In this document: in pieces, positions 10,475 to 20,844 of the stretch
How positions within the stretch are numbered: the first letter of the stretch is position 1
Layout: each line of letters opens with the position of its first letter
DNA from: Bryobacteraceae bacterium
GTDB lineage: Bacteria; Acidobacteriota; Terriglobia; Bryobacterales; Bryobacteraceae
Assembly (NCBI GenBank): GCA_046331625.1
Contig: JAXLQL010000020.1
Span: 102,452 to 166,451 of the forward strand
Reading direction: 5' to 3'
Length of the DNA stretch: 64,000 nucleotides
Notes under the pieces: generated by a model
The model's database searches: none
Seen by the model: the letters and a program-made list of their open reading frames with translations, nothing else
What the model was told of the DNA's origin: nothing
Translations under genes and position numbers: made by a program

Positions 10475-11626
10475 CTACAGCACTTCGACAATCGCGCACT
10501 TCAGATACAGCGTCTCTGGGACCGTCAGCAACACCGGATGATCCTGCGCCTGAATCCGCCGTTCGAGTACGCGCAGCGTGCGGCCCGCATCGAGCGCCGA
10601 CTGCGCGAGCATCTCGAGGAACGCGGCTTCGGAAACATGATGCGAGCAAGAGCAAGTCACTAGCACACCACCACGGTCGAGCAGCCGCAACGCCCGCTGA
10701 TTGATCTCGCGATATCCGCGCAGGGCCGGCTCCACGGTCTGGCGCGATTTCGCGAACGCCGGTGGATCGAGCACGATCGTGTCGAACCGCCTCCGCGCAT
10801 GCGCGAAGCTTGTCAAAAGATCGAACACATCGGACTCGCGGAATTCCACGTTCGCGATTCCGTTGGCATCGCGATTGGCCGCAGCCAGCTCGAGCGAGTG
10901 TGCCGAGCTATCCACCGCCAGCACATTCTCGCAGCGCGGAGCCATATGCAGCGCGAACCCGCCGCTGCACGTGAAGCAATCGAGCGCCTGTCCGCGTGCC
11001 CATCCGGCAGCCGCCAAATAGTTCTCGCGCTGATCGAGGAACACGCCGGTCTTTTGCCCTTCGAGTAGGTCCGCTCGCCAGCGGAGCCCGTTCATGCTCA
11101 CTTCGAGCGGGGCGGGCAACTCGCCCCGCAGCACCGACTTCTCGAGCGGAAGCGACTCGAGCTTCCGCACCGCCGCATCATTGCGCGCCACGATTGCTCG
11201 CGGCGAGAAGAGCGATTCGAGCGCTTCCACGATCCAGCCGGACGCGCGATCCATGCCTTGGTCGAGCGTCTGGATCACGAAGCAATCGCCGTAGCGGTCG
11301 ACGATCAAGCCGGGCAGCAGATCGCCTTCCGCGTGTACCAGCCGATAAGCCTCCGAGTCGCGCACCACGCGGCGCCGATGCGCCTCCGCGGCTTCGATCC
11401 GAGCACGGTAAAACGCGGCGTCCACCGTGACCGCACTGGCCGCAAGCATTCGCAGCGTGATCTGCGAAGTGGAGCTGTAGTGCGCCACGCCGAGCGCTCG
11501 CCCGCGCTGGTCATGCACTGTAACGGCGTCTCCGGCGGCGGCGTTGCCTCGATCGGCGATGTCGCTCGAGAACACCCACGGGTGCCCGGAGGCGATTCGA
11601 TCGGCGCCCTTGCGCGTGACCTTCAT
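10475..11626 (-). CDS. rlmI: 23S rRNA (cytosine-C5)-methyltransferase RlmI-family (PUA domain plus class I SAM methyltransferase)
   Basis: N-terminal PUA-like region ([18 protein letters not shown]), a SAM-binding motif ([13 protein letters not shown]) and a catalytic Cys region (DPPAFAKS...VTCSCSHH). Confidence 0.85.
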   Translation of the reverse strand: MKVTRKGADRIASGHPWVFSSDIADRGNAAAGDAVTVHDQRGRALGVAHYSSTSQITLRMLAASAVTVDAAFYRARIEAAEAHRRRVVRDSEAYRLVHAEGDLLPGLIVDRYGDCFVIQTLDQGMDRASGWIVEALESLFSPRAIVARNDAAVRKLESLPLEKSVLRGELPAPLEVSMNGLRWRADLLEGQKTGVFLDQRENYLAAAGWARGQALDCFTCSGGFALHMAPRCENVLAVDSSAHSLELAAANRDANGIANVEFRESDVFDLLTSFAHARRRFDTIVLDPPAFAKSRQTVEPALRGYREINQRALRLLDRGGVLVTCSCSHHVSEAAFLEMLAQSALDAGRTLRVLERRIQAQDHPVLLTVPETLYLKCAIVEVL

Positions 11627-13416
11627 CGCTGATTCGACTTGAGGATCTTCTTCCGCAACCGGATCGAGTGCGGTGTGATCTCCACCAATTCGTCGTCGCG
11701 GATGAATTCGATGGCTTGCTCGAGGTTGAGCAACCGCGGCGGTACCAGCCGGATCGCTTCGTCGGCCGTGGAGGAGCGCATGTTGGTCAGCTTCTTCTCC
11801 TTCACGATGTTCACGTCGAGATCGTTGGCGCGCGAGTTCTCACCGACGATCATGCCCTCGTAGACTTCGGTGCTCGGCACGATGAAGATCTCACCGCGCT
11901 CCTGCAAATTCCAAATCGCGTACGCGGTGCCTTTGCCCGGCCGGTCCGACACGAGCGATCCCGTTGGGCGCTGCGGAATGTCGCCCTGCCACTCGATGTA
12001 TCCGTGAAACAGCGAGTTCATGATAGCCGTACCCTTGGTGTCAGTGAGCATCTCGCTGCGCAAGCCGATCAGCCCGCGAGAAGGCACATGGAACTCGAGA
12101 CGCACGCGGCCCGAACCATGATTGATCATCTTCGTCATCTTGCCCTTGCGCGTGCCCATCTTCTCCATGACGACGCCGACGTATTGTTCGGGGCAATCGA
12201 CGGTCAACATTTCGAGCGGCTCATTGATCTTGCCGTCGATGGTCTTGGTGAGGATCTCGGGCTTGCCCACCGCCAGTTCGTAGCCTTCGCGCCGCATCAT
12301 TTCAATGAGGATCGCCAGTTGCAACTCGCCGCGACCCATCACCTTGAACGCATCGGGACCACCCGCTTCTTCCACCTTGATCGACACGTTGGTGAGCAGC
12401 TCTTTGTCGAGCCTGTCGCGCAGATTGCGCGACGTGACGTAGGTGCCTTCGCGGCCGGAAAATGGCGACGTGTTGATGGTGAACGTCATCGCGATGGTCG
12501 GCTCATCGATCTGGATGCGCGGCAGGGGAACGGGCGTCTCCACGTGCGAGACCGTGTCGCCGATGGTGATGCCTTCCACGCCCGCGATCGCCAACACATC
12601 GCCGGGGATTCCGCGCGTCTCTTCCACGCGCTTCAAGCCTTCGAACGAGAACAGCTTGGTGATGCGCGTCTTCTGCACTGCGCCATCCACCTTGCAGATG
12701 CTCACTTCGTCGCCGAGATTCAGCGTGCCGGAAAACACACGGCCGATGGCGAGGCGGCCGAGGTAGTCGTTGTAGTCGAGGTTGGCGACGAGGAGTTGCA
12801 GCACCGCGGCGGGATCGCCTTCGGGTCCGGGGATGTGCTTGATGATCGTGTCGAAGAGCGGCCGCAGGTCCGCCGATTCGTCTTCGGGCTTGTACTTGGC
12901 GATACCTGCTTTGCCGTTGGTGTAGACGATCGGGAAGTCGAGTTGGTCTTCGGTTGCGTCGAGATCGATGAACAGGTCATAGATCTCGTTGAGCACTTCC
13001 TGGATGCGCGCGTCAGGGCGGTCGATCTTGTTGATCACCACGATCGGCGTGAGCCGCGCTTCGAGCGCTTTCATGAGCACGTAGCGCGTCTGCGGCAGCG
13101 GACCCTCGCTCGCATCCACGAGGAGCATGACGCCGTCGACGATCTTGAGCGCACGCTCCACTTCGCCGCCGAAGTCGGAGTGGCCGGGCGTATCGACGAT
13201 GTTGATCTTGACGTCGTGATAGCGGACGCCGGTGGTCTTGGCCAGGATGGTGATGCCGCGCTCGCGTTCGAGCTCATTCGAGTCCATGACGCGTTCGGCC
13301 ACCGATTCGTTGGCGCGGAAGATGCCGCTCTGGCGGAGCATCGCGTCGACCAGCGTAGTCTTGCCGTGGTCGACGTGCGCAATGATAGCGATGTTGCGGA
13401 TTTGGGGATTACGCAT
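11623..13416 (-). CDS. typA: translational GTPase TypA/BipA
   Basis: 597 aa. G1 [11 protein letters not shown]2/G3 DTPGHSDF, G4 NKID, and EF-G-like domains throughout. There is a 4-nt overlap with the rlmI start. Confidence 0.95.
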   Translation of the reverse strand: MRNPQIRNIAIIAHVDHGKTTLVDAMLRQSGIFRANESVAERVMDSNELERERGITILAKTTGVRYHDVKINIVDTPGHSDFGGEVERALKIVDGVMLLVDASEGPLPQTRYVLMKALEARLTPIVVINKIDRPDARIQEVLNEIYDLFIDLDATEDQLDFPIVYTNGKAGIAKYKPEDESADLRPLFDTIIKHIPGPEGDPAAVLQLLVANLDYNDYLGRLAIGRVFSGTLNLGDEVSICKVDGAVQKTRITKLFSFEGLKRVEETRGIPGDVLAIAGVEGITIGDTVSHVETPVPLPRIQIDEPTIAMTFTINTSPFSGREGTYVTSRNLRDRLDKELLTNVSIKVEEAGGPDAFKVMGRGELQLAILIEMMRREGYELAVGKPEILTKTIDGKINEPLEMLTVDCPEQYVGVVMEKMGTRKGKMTKMINHGSGRVRLEFHVPSRGLIGLRSEMLTDTKGTAIMNSLFHGYIEWQGDIPQRPTGSLVSDRPGKGTAYAIWNLQERGEIFIVPSTEVYEGMIVGENSRANDLDVNIVKEKKLTNMRSSTADEAIRLVPPRLLNLEQAIEFIRDDELVEITPHSIRLRKKILKSNQR

Positions 13417-13436
13417 TTACTGGGGGGAAACTTCTA

Positions 13437-14453
13437 TTGTCGCATGCGGTTGATAGAATCGATTTGTTGCGCGCCTCAATCCACGCCGCCTGCGCCGTGG
13501 CGCTCGCGGCATCGGACTTCACCGGCTCGGCCGCGTGCACCGAATGCCACCCGAAGCACGACGTGCGGCAGGCGGCTTCGCATCACGCGAACGCTCTCAG
13601 GCCCATCGCGCAAACGGTGCTGCCGAAGATCCTCGCCCAAGCGAACCTGCGCGAACGGAGCGGTGTCGAGTTCGAGTACCGCAGCGTTCCACAAGGCGTG
13701 ATCGCCGCGGCGTCGATGCGAGGCAAGCGAGCGGAGATGCTGCTCGAATGGGCTTTCGGCGCGGGTGCGCAAGGGGTCACGCCGGTGGGCCGAGCCGGTA
13801 GCAGGTACGTGGAGCATCGCATCTCGTACTTCACTGAGCCCGATCATCCGGGGCTGACGATCGGACACCCGCCGGCGGCGTCGCGCGATCCGGCGTCGGC
13901 GCTCGGAGTGCCGCAACCGGCAGAGACGATTTCGCGTTGCTTCCGATGCCACTCGACAGGGACAAAGGAAGGTCCCGATCTCTCCGAAATGGAGGCAGGC
14001 GTCCGCTGCGAGCGCTGCCACGGTCCGGGGCGCGCGCACATTGAAGCGGCTCGCTCCGGCGCAAACAAAGAGCGCGTCCGAACGGCCACGTTCAACGCCG
14101 CGCGCTTTCCCGCACGGCGCGTGGTGGAGATCTGCGCCGAGTGCCACCGCGCGCCGGGTGACGTGGACACGCACGATCCCGTCTCGATTCGTTTTCAGCC
14201 GGTGGGCTTGATGGCGAGCCGGTGCTTTCAGAAGAGCGGGGCGCTGTCGTGCCTGACGTGTCACGATCCGCATGAAGACGCGCGGCCGGCCGCCACTGGA
14301 CACTACACGTCAAAGTGCGTGGCCTGCCACGCCTCAGTGGGGAAGCCCGCGGTCAAGTGCCGCCGCGATGCGCGGGAGAACTGCGTCGAGTGCCACATGC
14401 CGCGCTCATCGCCGCTTCCGCATATCCACTTCACGGATCACCGGATCCGATAA
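13437..14453 (+). CDS. multiheme c-type cytochrome (7 CxxCH motifs)
   Basis: The translation contains CTECH, CFRCH, CERCH, CAECH, CLTCH, CVACH and CVECH. The N-terminal start is uncertain because there is no clean signal peptide at the called ATG. Confidence 0.75.
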   Translation: MSHAVDRIDLLRASIHAACAVALAASDFTGSAACTECHPKHDVRQAASHHANALRPIAQTVLPKILAQANLRERSGVEFEYRSVPQGVIAAASMRGKRAEMLLEWAFGAGAQGVTPVGRAGSRYVEHRISYFTEPDHPGLTIGHPPAASRDPASALGVPQPAETISRCFRCHSTGTKEGPDLSEMEAGVRCERCHGPGRAHIEAARSGANKERVRTATFNAARFPARRVVEICAECHRAPGDVDTHDPVSIRFQPVGLMASRCFQKSGALSCLTCHDPHEDARPAATGHYTSKCVACHASVGKPAVKCRRDARENCVECHMPRSSPLPHIHFTDHRIR

Positions 14454-14651
14454 CATAACGAGAGTTCGCTGCCCACTGCCGTTGTCTTCGCGGCGCAGGG
14501 TCTGAGTTGCTGCAAGGGAGCAGGTCTGCCCGCCATGCTGCGTTCGGGATCCTAGTTTTCGAGAATGCCCCGTTCATCACTCCGGGAAAGGTGGGGATGT
14601 AGCTGCGCCCCGATGGGGAGTGCGAGGAAGCGGCAACGTCGCGGAGTGCTG

Positions 14652-15530
14652 CTACCGCCCGCGATGGTGATGATTTTCGTACACCGGGTTCCTGTTCTCT
14701 TTCAGCGGCCGCGAGTTGCCTTCGGGGAACAGTTCGTGGAACCGGTGGATCTGTTCGTGCGAGAGGTGCAGCGGATGATCGTAGAGAAACCAGTGCACCA
14801 CTTCGGGGAAGTTGCCCGTGATCAATTGATTCGTCACTGACGGGAGCACGCCCGCTCCGCACAAGCCGGCGCCCGCGGGCGCTGTCAATCCGCCGTCGTA
14901 GCGCCATGTGTAGGAGCCGTGCGGCAGCAGGTCCCGTAGGTTCACGAATACTTTCGCTGGAACCGCCGACCGGTCATGAGGGAGTTCGCCGATGTCGTGG
15001 AAGAAGCGTTCGAGAGCCGGGGCCGGGTGGCCTTCTCCGATGAGGGCTCCGATCACGAGGCCGGGCCGGGTGTCTCCGGCAGGCGGCGTGCAGCCGTTCT
15101 CGTACAGGTGCACGAAGTGGATCTCCATCGCGGCTCGTTTGCCATGAACGGTGTGTTCGGCGGGCGCGTGGAAGTGGAACTGTTGGAGCGCATAAGTACG
15201 TGGTGGGCCGTCTCCGGAGACCGTCACCGAAGGGCCGTTCACGAGCGGAGTGCGGACGCTAGCGCAAGTTGCGAGCGTGGCATCGGAGCACGGGGCGGCC
15301 GTGAGCGTGGCCCACTCCTTGGCGATCACGAGGCCCGCTTCTTGCGCGCCGTAGGTGTTGGCGACCTTCAGGTTCCAACCGTCGTAGTGGTTGAATGTGA
15401 TGACCGGCGGCGCGGGGTCGCGCTTGGCTTTGGAGTGTTCGATATTGATCGGCGTCTGTTCCTCGCCGGGGCCGTGGTCCGCTGCGGCGAGCGGCGCGAG
15501 CGCGATAAGAGCAATGAACAAGAGAATCAT
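14652..15530 (-). CDS. alpha-class carbonic anhydrase (secreted)
   Basis: Signal peptide (MILLFIALIALAPLAAA). Alpha-CA signature blocks QTPINI and QFHFHAPAEHTVHGKRAAMEIHFVH carry the zinc-ligand His triad. Confidence 0.9.
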   Translation of the reverse strand: MILLFIALIALAPLAAADHGPGEEQTPINIEHSKAKRDPAPPVITFNHYDGWNLKVANTYGAQEAGLVIAKEWATLTAAPCSDATLATCASVRTPLVNGPSVTVSGDGPPRTYALQQFHFHAPAEHTVHGKRAAMEIHFVHLYENGCTPPAGDTRPGLVIGALIGEGHPAPALERFFHDIGELPHDRSAVPAKVFVNLRDLLPHGSYTWRYDGGLTAPAGAGLCGAGVLPSVTNQLITGNFPEVVHWFLYDHPLHLSHEQIHRFHELFPEGNSRPLKENRNPVYENHHHRGR

Positions 15531-15555
15531 TGGAAACTGGAATGGTAAAACAAAA

Positions 15556-15595
15556 ACGCCGCCCCGTTCAGAGGCGGCGTCTTTGGTGAGAGATG
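15556..15595 (-). terminator. rho-independent terminator between the TonB-dependent receptor and the carbonic anhydrase genes
   Basis: On the minus strand: GACGCCGCCtctgaacgGGGCGGCGT followed by TTTTTGTTTT. Confidence 0.6.
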
Positions 15596-15609
15596 CGCTC
15601 GGAGTTCCG

Positions 15610-18600
15610 TTAGAACTGGAACATGAGCGTCAGGTTCATGAGCGGTTGGCCGCCGAGCGACGCCGTGCGCGGGTCGTCAGTCAGCTTTCCGAAGGTTTGC
15701 GGATTCCGGAAATCCACTGTGGTGGTGGGGCCGGTGAAGTTGTAGGTCTTGAACACGTTCTGGAAGTCCCAGCGGAGCTGGCCCTTCACGCGCTCACCGA
15801 ACGACATGTTCTTCTGCACCGAAACCTGCGCCCAAACCAAGCGAGGTCCGCTGATGATGTTGCGGCCCGCGTTGCCGACCGAGAACGCCGCCGGATAAGC
15901 GAACGCGCTCTGATCGATGACGGCCGGGCGGTTGTTGGTCACGAAGCGATCGGGACCGCCGTTGTTCCACAGGCCGAAGTCATACACCGGCTGGCGGAGC
16001 AAGTCAGGACGGCGAGCGCCGGCGAAACCGGGATAGTAGTTCGACGGGCTGTTGGCGAAGCTGAAGTTCAGCGGATTGCCGGACTCGATGGTCTGGATGA
16101 ACGACAGTTCCATTCCACCCAGGATCCGGTTGCCCCAGCGGCTGCCCGACAGGAGCATCTTGTTCTTGCCGAACGGCAATTCCCAGTTGATGTTGCCGAT
16201 GTAGCGATGGGCGCGATCGAAGCCCGCGCGGCCCTTTTCGAGGTTGCGGTTCTGAATCGGAGCAACGCCGCCGCCGGAGTTGTCGCTGTCGGAACTGTCG
16301 AGAGCCTTCGAGTAGGTGTAGAAGGTCATGAAGTACAGACCGCGCGAGAGGCGGCGCTCGAGTTTCACCGTTCCCGAGTGGAACGAGGAGTGGCCGAAGT
16401 TCGAACGGGCGGTGATGTTGCCGAACTGCGAGTACGGCCGGAAGTTTTGCGAGGCGGCGAAAACGCGGTCGCGCTGCGCCGGATCGTTGGCGAAGTAGTC
16501 CACCGGGAACGTGTTCAGCTCCCAGCGCTCGATGAGGCCCACGCCGCTCGAACCTTGGTAGCTCACGTCGATCAGGAGGTTCCTCGAGAGATCGCGCTGA
16601 ATGCTGGCGTTCCAGTTCATCACGTAGGGATTGCGCAGCTTGGGATCCCACTGGCTGATGTTGCGTTGGCTGAAGTTCGTTCCGAGGAACGGGCTGGTCC
16701 CGTTCTGGAGGATATTCGCCGAACCGGGTTTGACGCCTTTGCTGATCTGGTAGATCGGCGTGGGGTCGCCGGGAGCCGGTTGCTGCACTGCTGTCCCCAC
16801 GTACTCGTCATACATGTCGCGGCCTGCGGGGAACTTCACATCGACCGTATACATGCCGACGCCGCCACGGAACACCCACTTTTCGAGCGGATGCCAAGCG
16901 AGCCCAAGCCGGGGGTTGAAGTTGTTGTTGTCACGAGCATTGAGGCCGCCGGAGGGATGGATCACCGCACCCTTTCGGCCAGTGAGAGCGTCCGTACCGT
17001 TCGGATCGAACTGGGACATGCCGCCATACTTCGTGGTGAACGGGCTCTCGTTCGAGTAGCGCACGCCGATGTTGGCGGTGAGGTTGCGGGTCACCTTCCA
17101 GTCATCCTGGAGGTAGAAGCTGTTGATGGACGAGCGCGGGAGCCAACTGGTCAGTTCGGTGCGGAAGGTCGCCGCAGTCACGTAGCCCGTGAGGAAGCCG
17201 GCGAACGGGCTGCCGGTGTTGTTGGTGGCTTGTCCGTTAGTGGCTTGAAGGCCGGTGGTGGCGCCCGAGAAGTCGAACAGGACGGGGTTGGCGAACGTGG
17301 CCGAGTTCAAGCGGAAGCGCAGGACTTCGTATCCGAACTTGAAGGCGTGCGTGCCACGAATATAGGAGAGATCATCGCGGAACGAAATGGTCTCGTTCAC
17401 ACTCTGGTTCGGCGTGGCGCCGTAGAGACCGTAGATGGTGCTCGGATTGTTACGATCGGTGTTTGTTCCTCCGAAGCCGGGCATCACATCGCCGTTGACG
17501 TTGGGAATGCCGAGCTTGCTGGCCCAATCCTGTTGGTAGGAAGGCACGGTCTGTTGTGCCCAGCGGCGATAGTAACCGACGCGCGCATCGTTGACGATGC
17601 TCGGGGAAATGATCCACGTCTTGCCGAACGACATGTTCTGGTTGCGGGAGGGCGACTTGTTGCCGGCTGCGGCGTCGAACTCGCCACGGTCGGGCCGAAT
17701 GTTCCAGGGCCGCTGCAGTCCGGGGAGGTACTTGTTGTCCGTCCAGGAATAGTAGATCTTGAAGTTCTGGCTGAACTGGTGGTCGAGGCGGAGATTGACG
17801 TCATCGAGGAAGACGCGCGCAAATTCGTCGGCGAGATAGTTGCCGCTAGCGCCCGTGGAAATGAAGGAGCCGGCGCGGTTGGGGAGCTGCCACGGATCGA
17901 ATCCGAGCACCTTCTGCGCTACCGGATCAATGCGGTTTGCGGCGATGCGGTTGCCCGGGAAGGGATCGCGCAGCCAGGAGCCGTTGACGAAGCGAGTGGT
18001 GGCGGGATCATAAATGGCGTTCGCTCCGGGGAAGTTGAAGTCGCCCTGCCGCATGCCGAGGCTCGGCACGGAAGCGTCGACCTGCGCGACCTTCTTCTCA
18101 TGCAGCCGTTGGAAGCCGAAGAAGAAGAACGTCTTGTTCCGGCCGTCGTAAACCTTGGGAATGTAGACCGGGCCGCTGAGGTTGGCGTCAGGCATCATGA
18201 AGAACACCGGCACGCCATTGGGGCGGGTTGCGGTGGCTTGCGAGGTGCGGAGACGATCGAAGAAGAGCCTGTGCTGCATGCGGCGGGTGCGTCCGTAGAA
18301 CGAACCCATGCCGTGCAGTTCGTTCGTACCCGAGCGCTTCACCACGTTGATGACGCCGCCGGCGGAGTGGCCATATTCGGCGGGGGGCACGGTGGTGATC
18401 ACCTTCACTTCGGCAACGGAGTTGAGGATCGGCTTGGTGGTTTCCGTACCGCCGTTCTGGTCATTGCCATTGACGCCGTCTTCGAAGATGCCGATGGCGC
18501 CGGCGCGCTGGCCAGCCAGGTGATAGGAGCCGAGGCTGCCACCGTAGGCGTAGCCGCCGGTGGTCATGCCCGGCACCAGGTTCATGGTGGAGTTGACGAA

Positions 18601-19044
18601 CCGCTGATAGAGCGGCATGTCGTAGAGGACCTGTCCGCTGACGACGCTACCCGTTGCCGACGTTTCCGTTTCGAGCAACTGGGCCGCGCCCGAGACTTCG
18701 ATCGATTCGCTGACGTTACCGACCTGGAGCGCCATGTCGATGGCGAGCGTATCGCCGATGCGAAGCTCGACGCCTTCGCGGACAGCCTTCTTGAAGCCTT
18801 GGCCTTCGAAGCTGACGCGGTACTGTCCGGGTTGCAGCGAAAGCACGCGATAGATGCCTTCGTTGTTGGTGACTGAGGTTTGCGTGAAGTTGGTTGTGGT
18901 CTGCACAACGGTGACGGTCACGCTGGGTACGACCGCGCCAGTCGAATCGACGACGCGCCCCGTTATCGTAGAGGTGCCGATCTGCGCGAACGCCGCTGAC
19001 GTGAGCGACACGGCGAGCACAGCCGACACTGCGAAGCGTTTCAT
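15610..19044 (-). CDS. TonB-dependent receptor, Oar-like (carboxypeptidase-regulatory-like N-domain plus plug plus beta-barrel)
   Basis: 1144 aa. It has a signal peptide, a CarboxypepD_reg-like N-domain (ITGRVVDSTGAVVPSVTVTV...) and a large barrel, and the C-terminal residue is Phe (...TLMFQF), typical of outer-membrane beta-barrels. Confidence 0.9.
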   Translation of the reverse strand: MKRFAVSAVLAVSLTSAAFAQIGTSTITGRVVDSTGAVVPSVTVTVVQTTTNFTQTSVTNNEGIYRVLSLQPGQYRVSFEGQGFKKAVREGVELRIGDTLAIDMALQVGNVSESIEVSGAAQLLETETSATGSVVSGQVLYDMPLYQRFVNSTMNLVPGMTTGGYAYGGSLGSYHLAGQRAGAIGIFEDGVNGNDQNGGTETTKPILNSVAEVKVITTVPPAEYGHSAGGVINVVKRSGTNELHGMGSFYGRTRRMQHRLFFDRLRTSQATATRPNGVPVFFMMPDANLSGPVYIPKVYDGRNKTFFFFGFQRLHEKKVAQVDASVPSLGMRQGDFNFPGANAIYDPATTRFVNGSWLRDPFPGNRIAANRIDPVAQKVLGFDPWQLPNRAGSFISTGASGNYLADEFARVFLDDVNLRLDHQFSQNFKIYYSWTDNKYLPGLQRPWNIRPDRGEFDAAAGNKSPSRNQNMSFGKTWIISPSIVNDARVGYYRRWAQQTVPSYQQDWASKLGIPNVNGDVMPGFGGTNTDRNNPSTIYGLYGATPNQSVNETISFRDDLSYIRGTHAFKFGYEVLRFRLNSATFANPVLFDFSGATTGLQATNGQATNNTGSPFAGFLTGYVTAATFRTELTSWLPRSSINSFYLQDDWKVTRNLTANIGVRYSNESPFTTKYGGMSQFDPNGTDALTGRKGAVIHPSGGLNARDNNNFNPRLGLAWHPLEKWVFRGGVGMYTVDVKFPAGRDMYDEYVGTAVQQPAPGDPTPIYQISKGVKPGSANILQNGTSPFLGTNFSQRNISQWDPKLRNPYVMNWNASIQRDLSRNLLIDVSYQGSSGVGLIERWELNTFPVDYFANDPAQRDRVFAASQNFRPYSQFGNITARSNFGHSSFHSGTVKLERRLSRGLYFMTFYTYSKALDSSDSDNSGGGVAPIQNRNLEKGRAGFDRAHRYIGNINWELPFGKNKMLLSGSRWGNRILGGMELSFIQTIESGNPLNFSFANSPSNYYPGFAGARRPDLLRQPVYDFGLWNNGGPDRFVTNNRPAVIDQSAFAYPAAFSVGNAGRNIISGPRLVWAQVSVQKNMSFGERVKGQLRWDFQNVFKTYNFTGPTTTVDFRNPQTFGKLTDDPRTASLGGQPLMNLTLMFQF

Positions 19045-19103
19045 TATTGGCCCCCCTGATAGTAGGTGGATCGGCGGAGGGGTCTCCCCGCCGAGTCAAC
19101 ACT

Positions 19104-19480
19104 GGAAATTGTATATGAGCCGAGGGCCGAGGGCAAGCGGGAGTGCGAACTCGGCCGAGCCGCGGTGGGTTCGTTCGGCAAAATCACCGTTGGCGGTTGG
19201 GCATGGTGGCTTCGTTTGGCAGATTCCGGTTTTGGCGGGAGCTGGTGGATTTGGGAGAGGGCGCGATAGAAGACGTGGCGCTGAGTAGTCTATGAGCCGA
19301 GGGCGGAGGGGCAAGAGGGGTCAAGGGGGAGGGCGAACTCGTCCGAGCCGCGGCGGGTTCGTTCGGCAAAATCACCGTTGGCCGGCTGAGCACGGTGGCT
19401 TCGTTTGGCAGATTCGCGTTTTGGCGGAGCTGGTGGATTTGGGAGAGGGCGCGATAGAAGGCGCGGCGGTGAGTGGTCTC
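19104..19480. repeat. tandem direct repeat, 2 x about 187 bp (19104-19290 and 19291-19480), roughly 85-90% identical
   Basis: Seen directly in the sequence. Both copies start tatgagccgaggg... and share ...cgaactcg(g/t)ccgagccgcgg(t/c)gggttcgttcggcaaaatcaccgttggc...tggcttcgtttggcagattc...ttttggcgg(g)agctggtggatttgggagagggcgcgatagaag. Confidence 0.85.
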
Positions 19481-19885
19481 GTAGCGGGAGAGGGCGTCGA
19501 GTTCGCCGGAGGCGGCGAATTGGGTGGCGGCGTGGCCGAGGGTATGGAGCGGGTCGGTGTCAGGCGACTCGGAGCAGAGTTCGTTGAGGCGGTTGGCTTC
19601 GATTTGTTGGGCGCGCTGCATTTGCCAAGCGGAGGTGACCATGAGATCGAGTGTGGCGGCTTGGGCAGGGGTGGCGGGGCGGAGATCAGCGAAAAAGGAC
19701 TGGTGGAATTGGGTGAATTCTGCGGGGTCGCCGTCAAGGGTGGGGATGTTGGCGGGATTGGCGCGGAGGCCGTGTTTGCGGGAGTTTTGGGCAGAGCGGG
19801 CTTTGCCGGAAGAGGTACGGGGTCCAGTGGAACGGGCGGCGTTACGGCGGTTGGCTTCGAGTTTGCGCTGGGAAATCGGCACGGC
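19184..19885 (-). CDS. hypothetical protein whose 3' region carries a 187-bp tandem duplication (repeated NLPNEAT motif)
   Basis: A GTG start at 19885 is preceded by a strong SD (AGGAGG, 4-5 nt spacer). The N-terminus reads VPISQRKLEANRRNAARSTGPRTSSGKARSAQNSRKHG. The C-terminal region is low-complexity and encoded by the tandem repeat. The longer upstream in-frame extension (to 20065) is rejected. Confidence 0.45.
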   Translation of the reverse strand, partial: AVPISQRKLEANRRNAARSTGPRTSSGKARSAQNSRKHGLRANPANIPTLDGDPAEFTQFHQSFFADLRPATPAQAATLDLMVTSAWQMQRAQQIEANRLNELCSESPDTDPLHTLGHAATQFAASGELDALSRYETTHRRAFYRALSQIHQLRQNANLPNEATVLSRPTVILPNEPAAARTSSPSPLTPLAPPPSAHRLLSATSSIAPSPKSTSSRQNRNLPNEATMPNRQR

Positions 19886-20134
19886 TCCTCCTATATTTAG
19901 GATCTCATGTCGGTCCAAGGAAATGGGCGGGGTACGGAGGAGATATGCGCAGCAAGTGGTGCGAAATGAATAGGATGGGGCTGGCCGAAAAAAGTTTGAA
20001 TTTCGCGAACCGGCCGAACCGAGTCTCCGGGCAGGCGGGCACAGAACACGGTGTTGATTCGCCACTTCGTCATCCTTGCACAGAGGCCTGGGGGACAGCT
20101 TGTGCCCGGACTAGCTCAGCAGCGGCCTTTCCGC

Positions 20135-20647
20135 TCACCCTGTTTCTCCCCTTCGGCGAACTTGTCCCGCAACAGCGGACCAATCACCGTGTTGTTCATC
20201 AGATCCTGCATCGTCACGCCGCCGGCCCTTCATCCGGGCAATCTTCACCAACGCCTTCGAGATTACCAGCTCTTGGTCAGCGCTCCTGGTCAGCAGCGCG
20301 AGCATGTTGTCCTCCACGTCAGGTGCCGACAGTAGTTCCTCGTCGTTGAGGTCTCGAGCGCCGACAATGTCGAATTCGAAGCCCTTCATCCGGCCCGGTC
20401 CTCGATCTGGAGGTACTTGACGCACATCTTAGCGAGGGAGCTTCGCTTCATTCTGGCTGTCGATCTCCAGGTAGGCAATCTCGCAATGCACGGTTTCCGC
20501 CAACAGGTCAGACCGTTTGTTCTGCACCCTCGGAAGCTCGACATTGTGCCAATGAGCGACACCTCCGCGGAACAGCCTCGGGAAGAGTAGACTCGTCCGG
20601 CGGCCCAGCAGCAGCTTGGCTGCGACATCGTAGTCTTGCGCCATCAC
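20135..20647 (-). pseudogene. remnant of an Rpn-family (YhgA-like, PD-(D/E)XK) recombination-promoting nuclease/putative transposase gene
   Basis: Two same-frame ORFs are separated by an in-frame stop (20429-20431). The upstream piece (MMAQDYDVAAKLLL...VELPRV...DLLAETVHCEIAYLEIDSQNE) matches the Rpn N-terminal nuclease core, including the EFQS-like catalytic block. The downstream piece (FEFDIVGARDLNDEELLSAPDVEDNMLALLTRS) matches the Rpn C-terminal conserved region. About 100 aa between them are missing. Confidence 0.5.
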
Positions 20648-20699
20648 TGATACAGTGCGGCGAGGGAAGGGAGATTCTCAGGCGAAGAGACGGACGACC

Positions 20700-20737
20700 A
20701 AGAAAAAGGGGGCGGGATGCCCAATTTCCCGCCCCTG
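20700..20737 (-). terminator. rho-independent terminator downstream of the beta-helix gene
   Basis: On the minus strand: GGGGCGGGAAATTGGGCATCCCGCCCCC followed by TTTTTCTT (stem GGGCGGGA/TCCCGCCC). Confidence 0.55.
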
Positions 20738-20844
20738 CCGGCCACACAGCAACCGGCTCATATCTGTTAGGCGCAATACAGAGCCGGCGGCAGACATTAA
20801 GTCCGCGTTCATGCAAGCGGGGAGGGAGGTGCTCGGGAGGGAGC

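Noticed and set aside
11668-13701. 677-aa plus-strand ORF overlapping typA
   Set aside because: Antisense artefact. typA on the minus strand has full GTPase motifs.
15391-18876. 1161-aa ORF on the plus strand, mirror of the TonB-dependent receptor gene
   Set aside because: Antisense open frame typical of high-GC DNA. Its translation is Arg/Ala/Gly-rich and low-complexity, and the opposite strand encodes a convincing receptor.
19104-19480. Possible CRISPR array
   Set aside because: Only two long (about 187-bp) contiguous copies with no spacers. It is a tandem duplication, not a CRISPR array.
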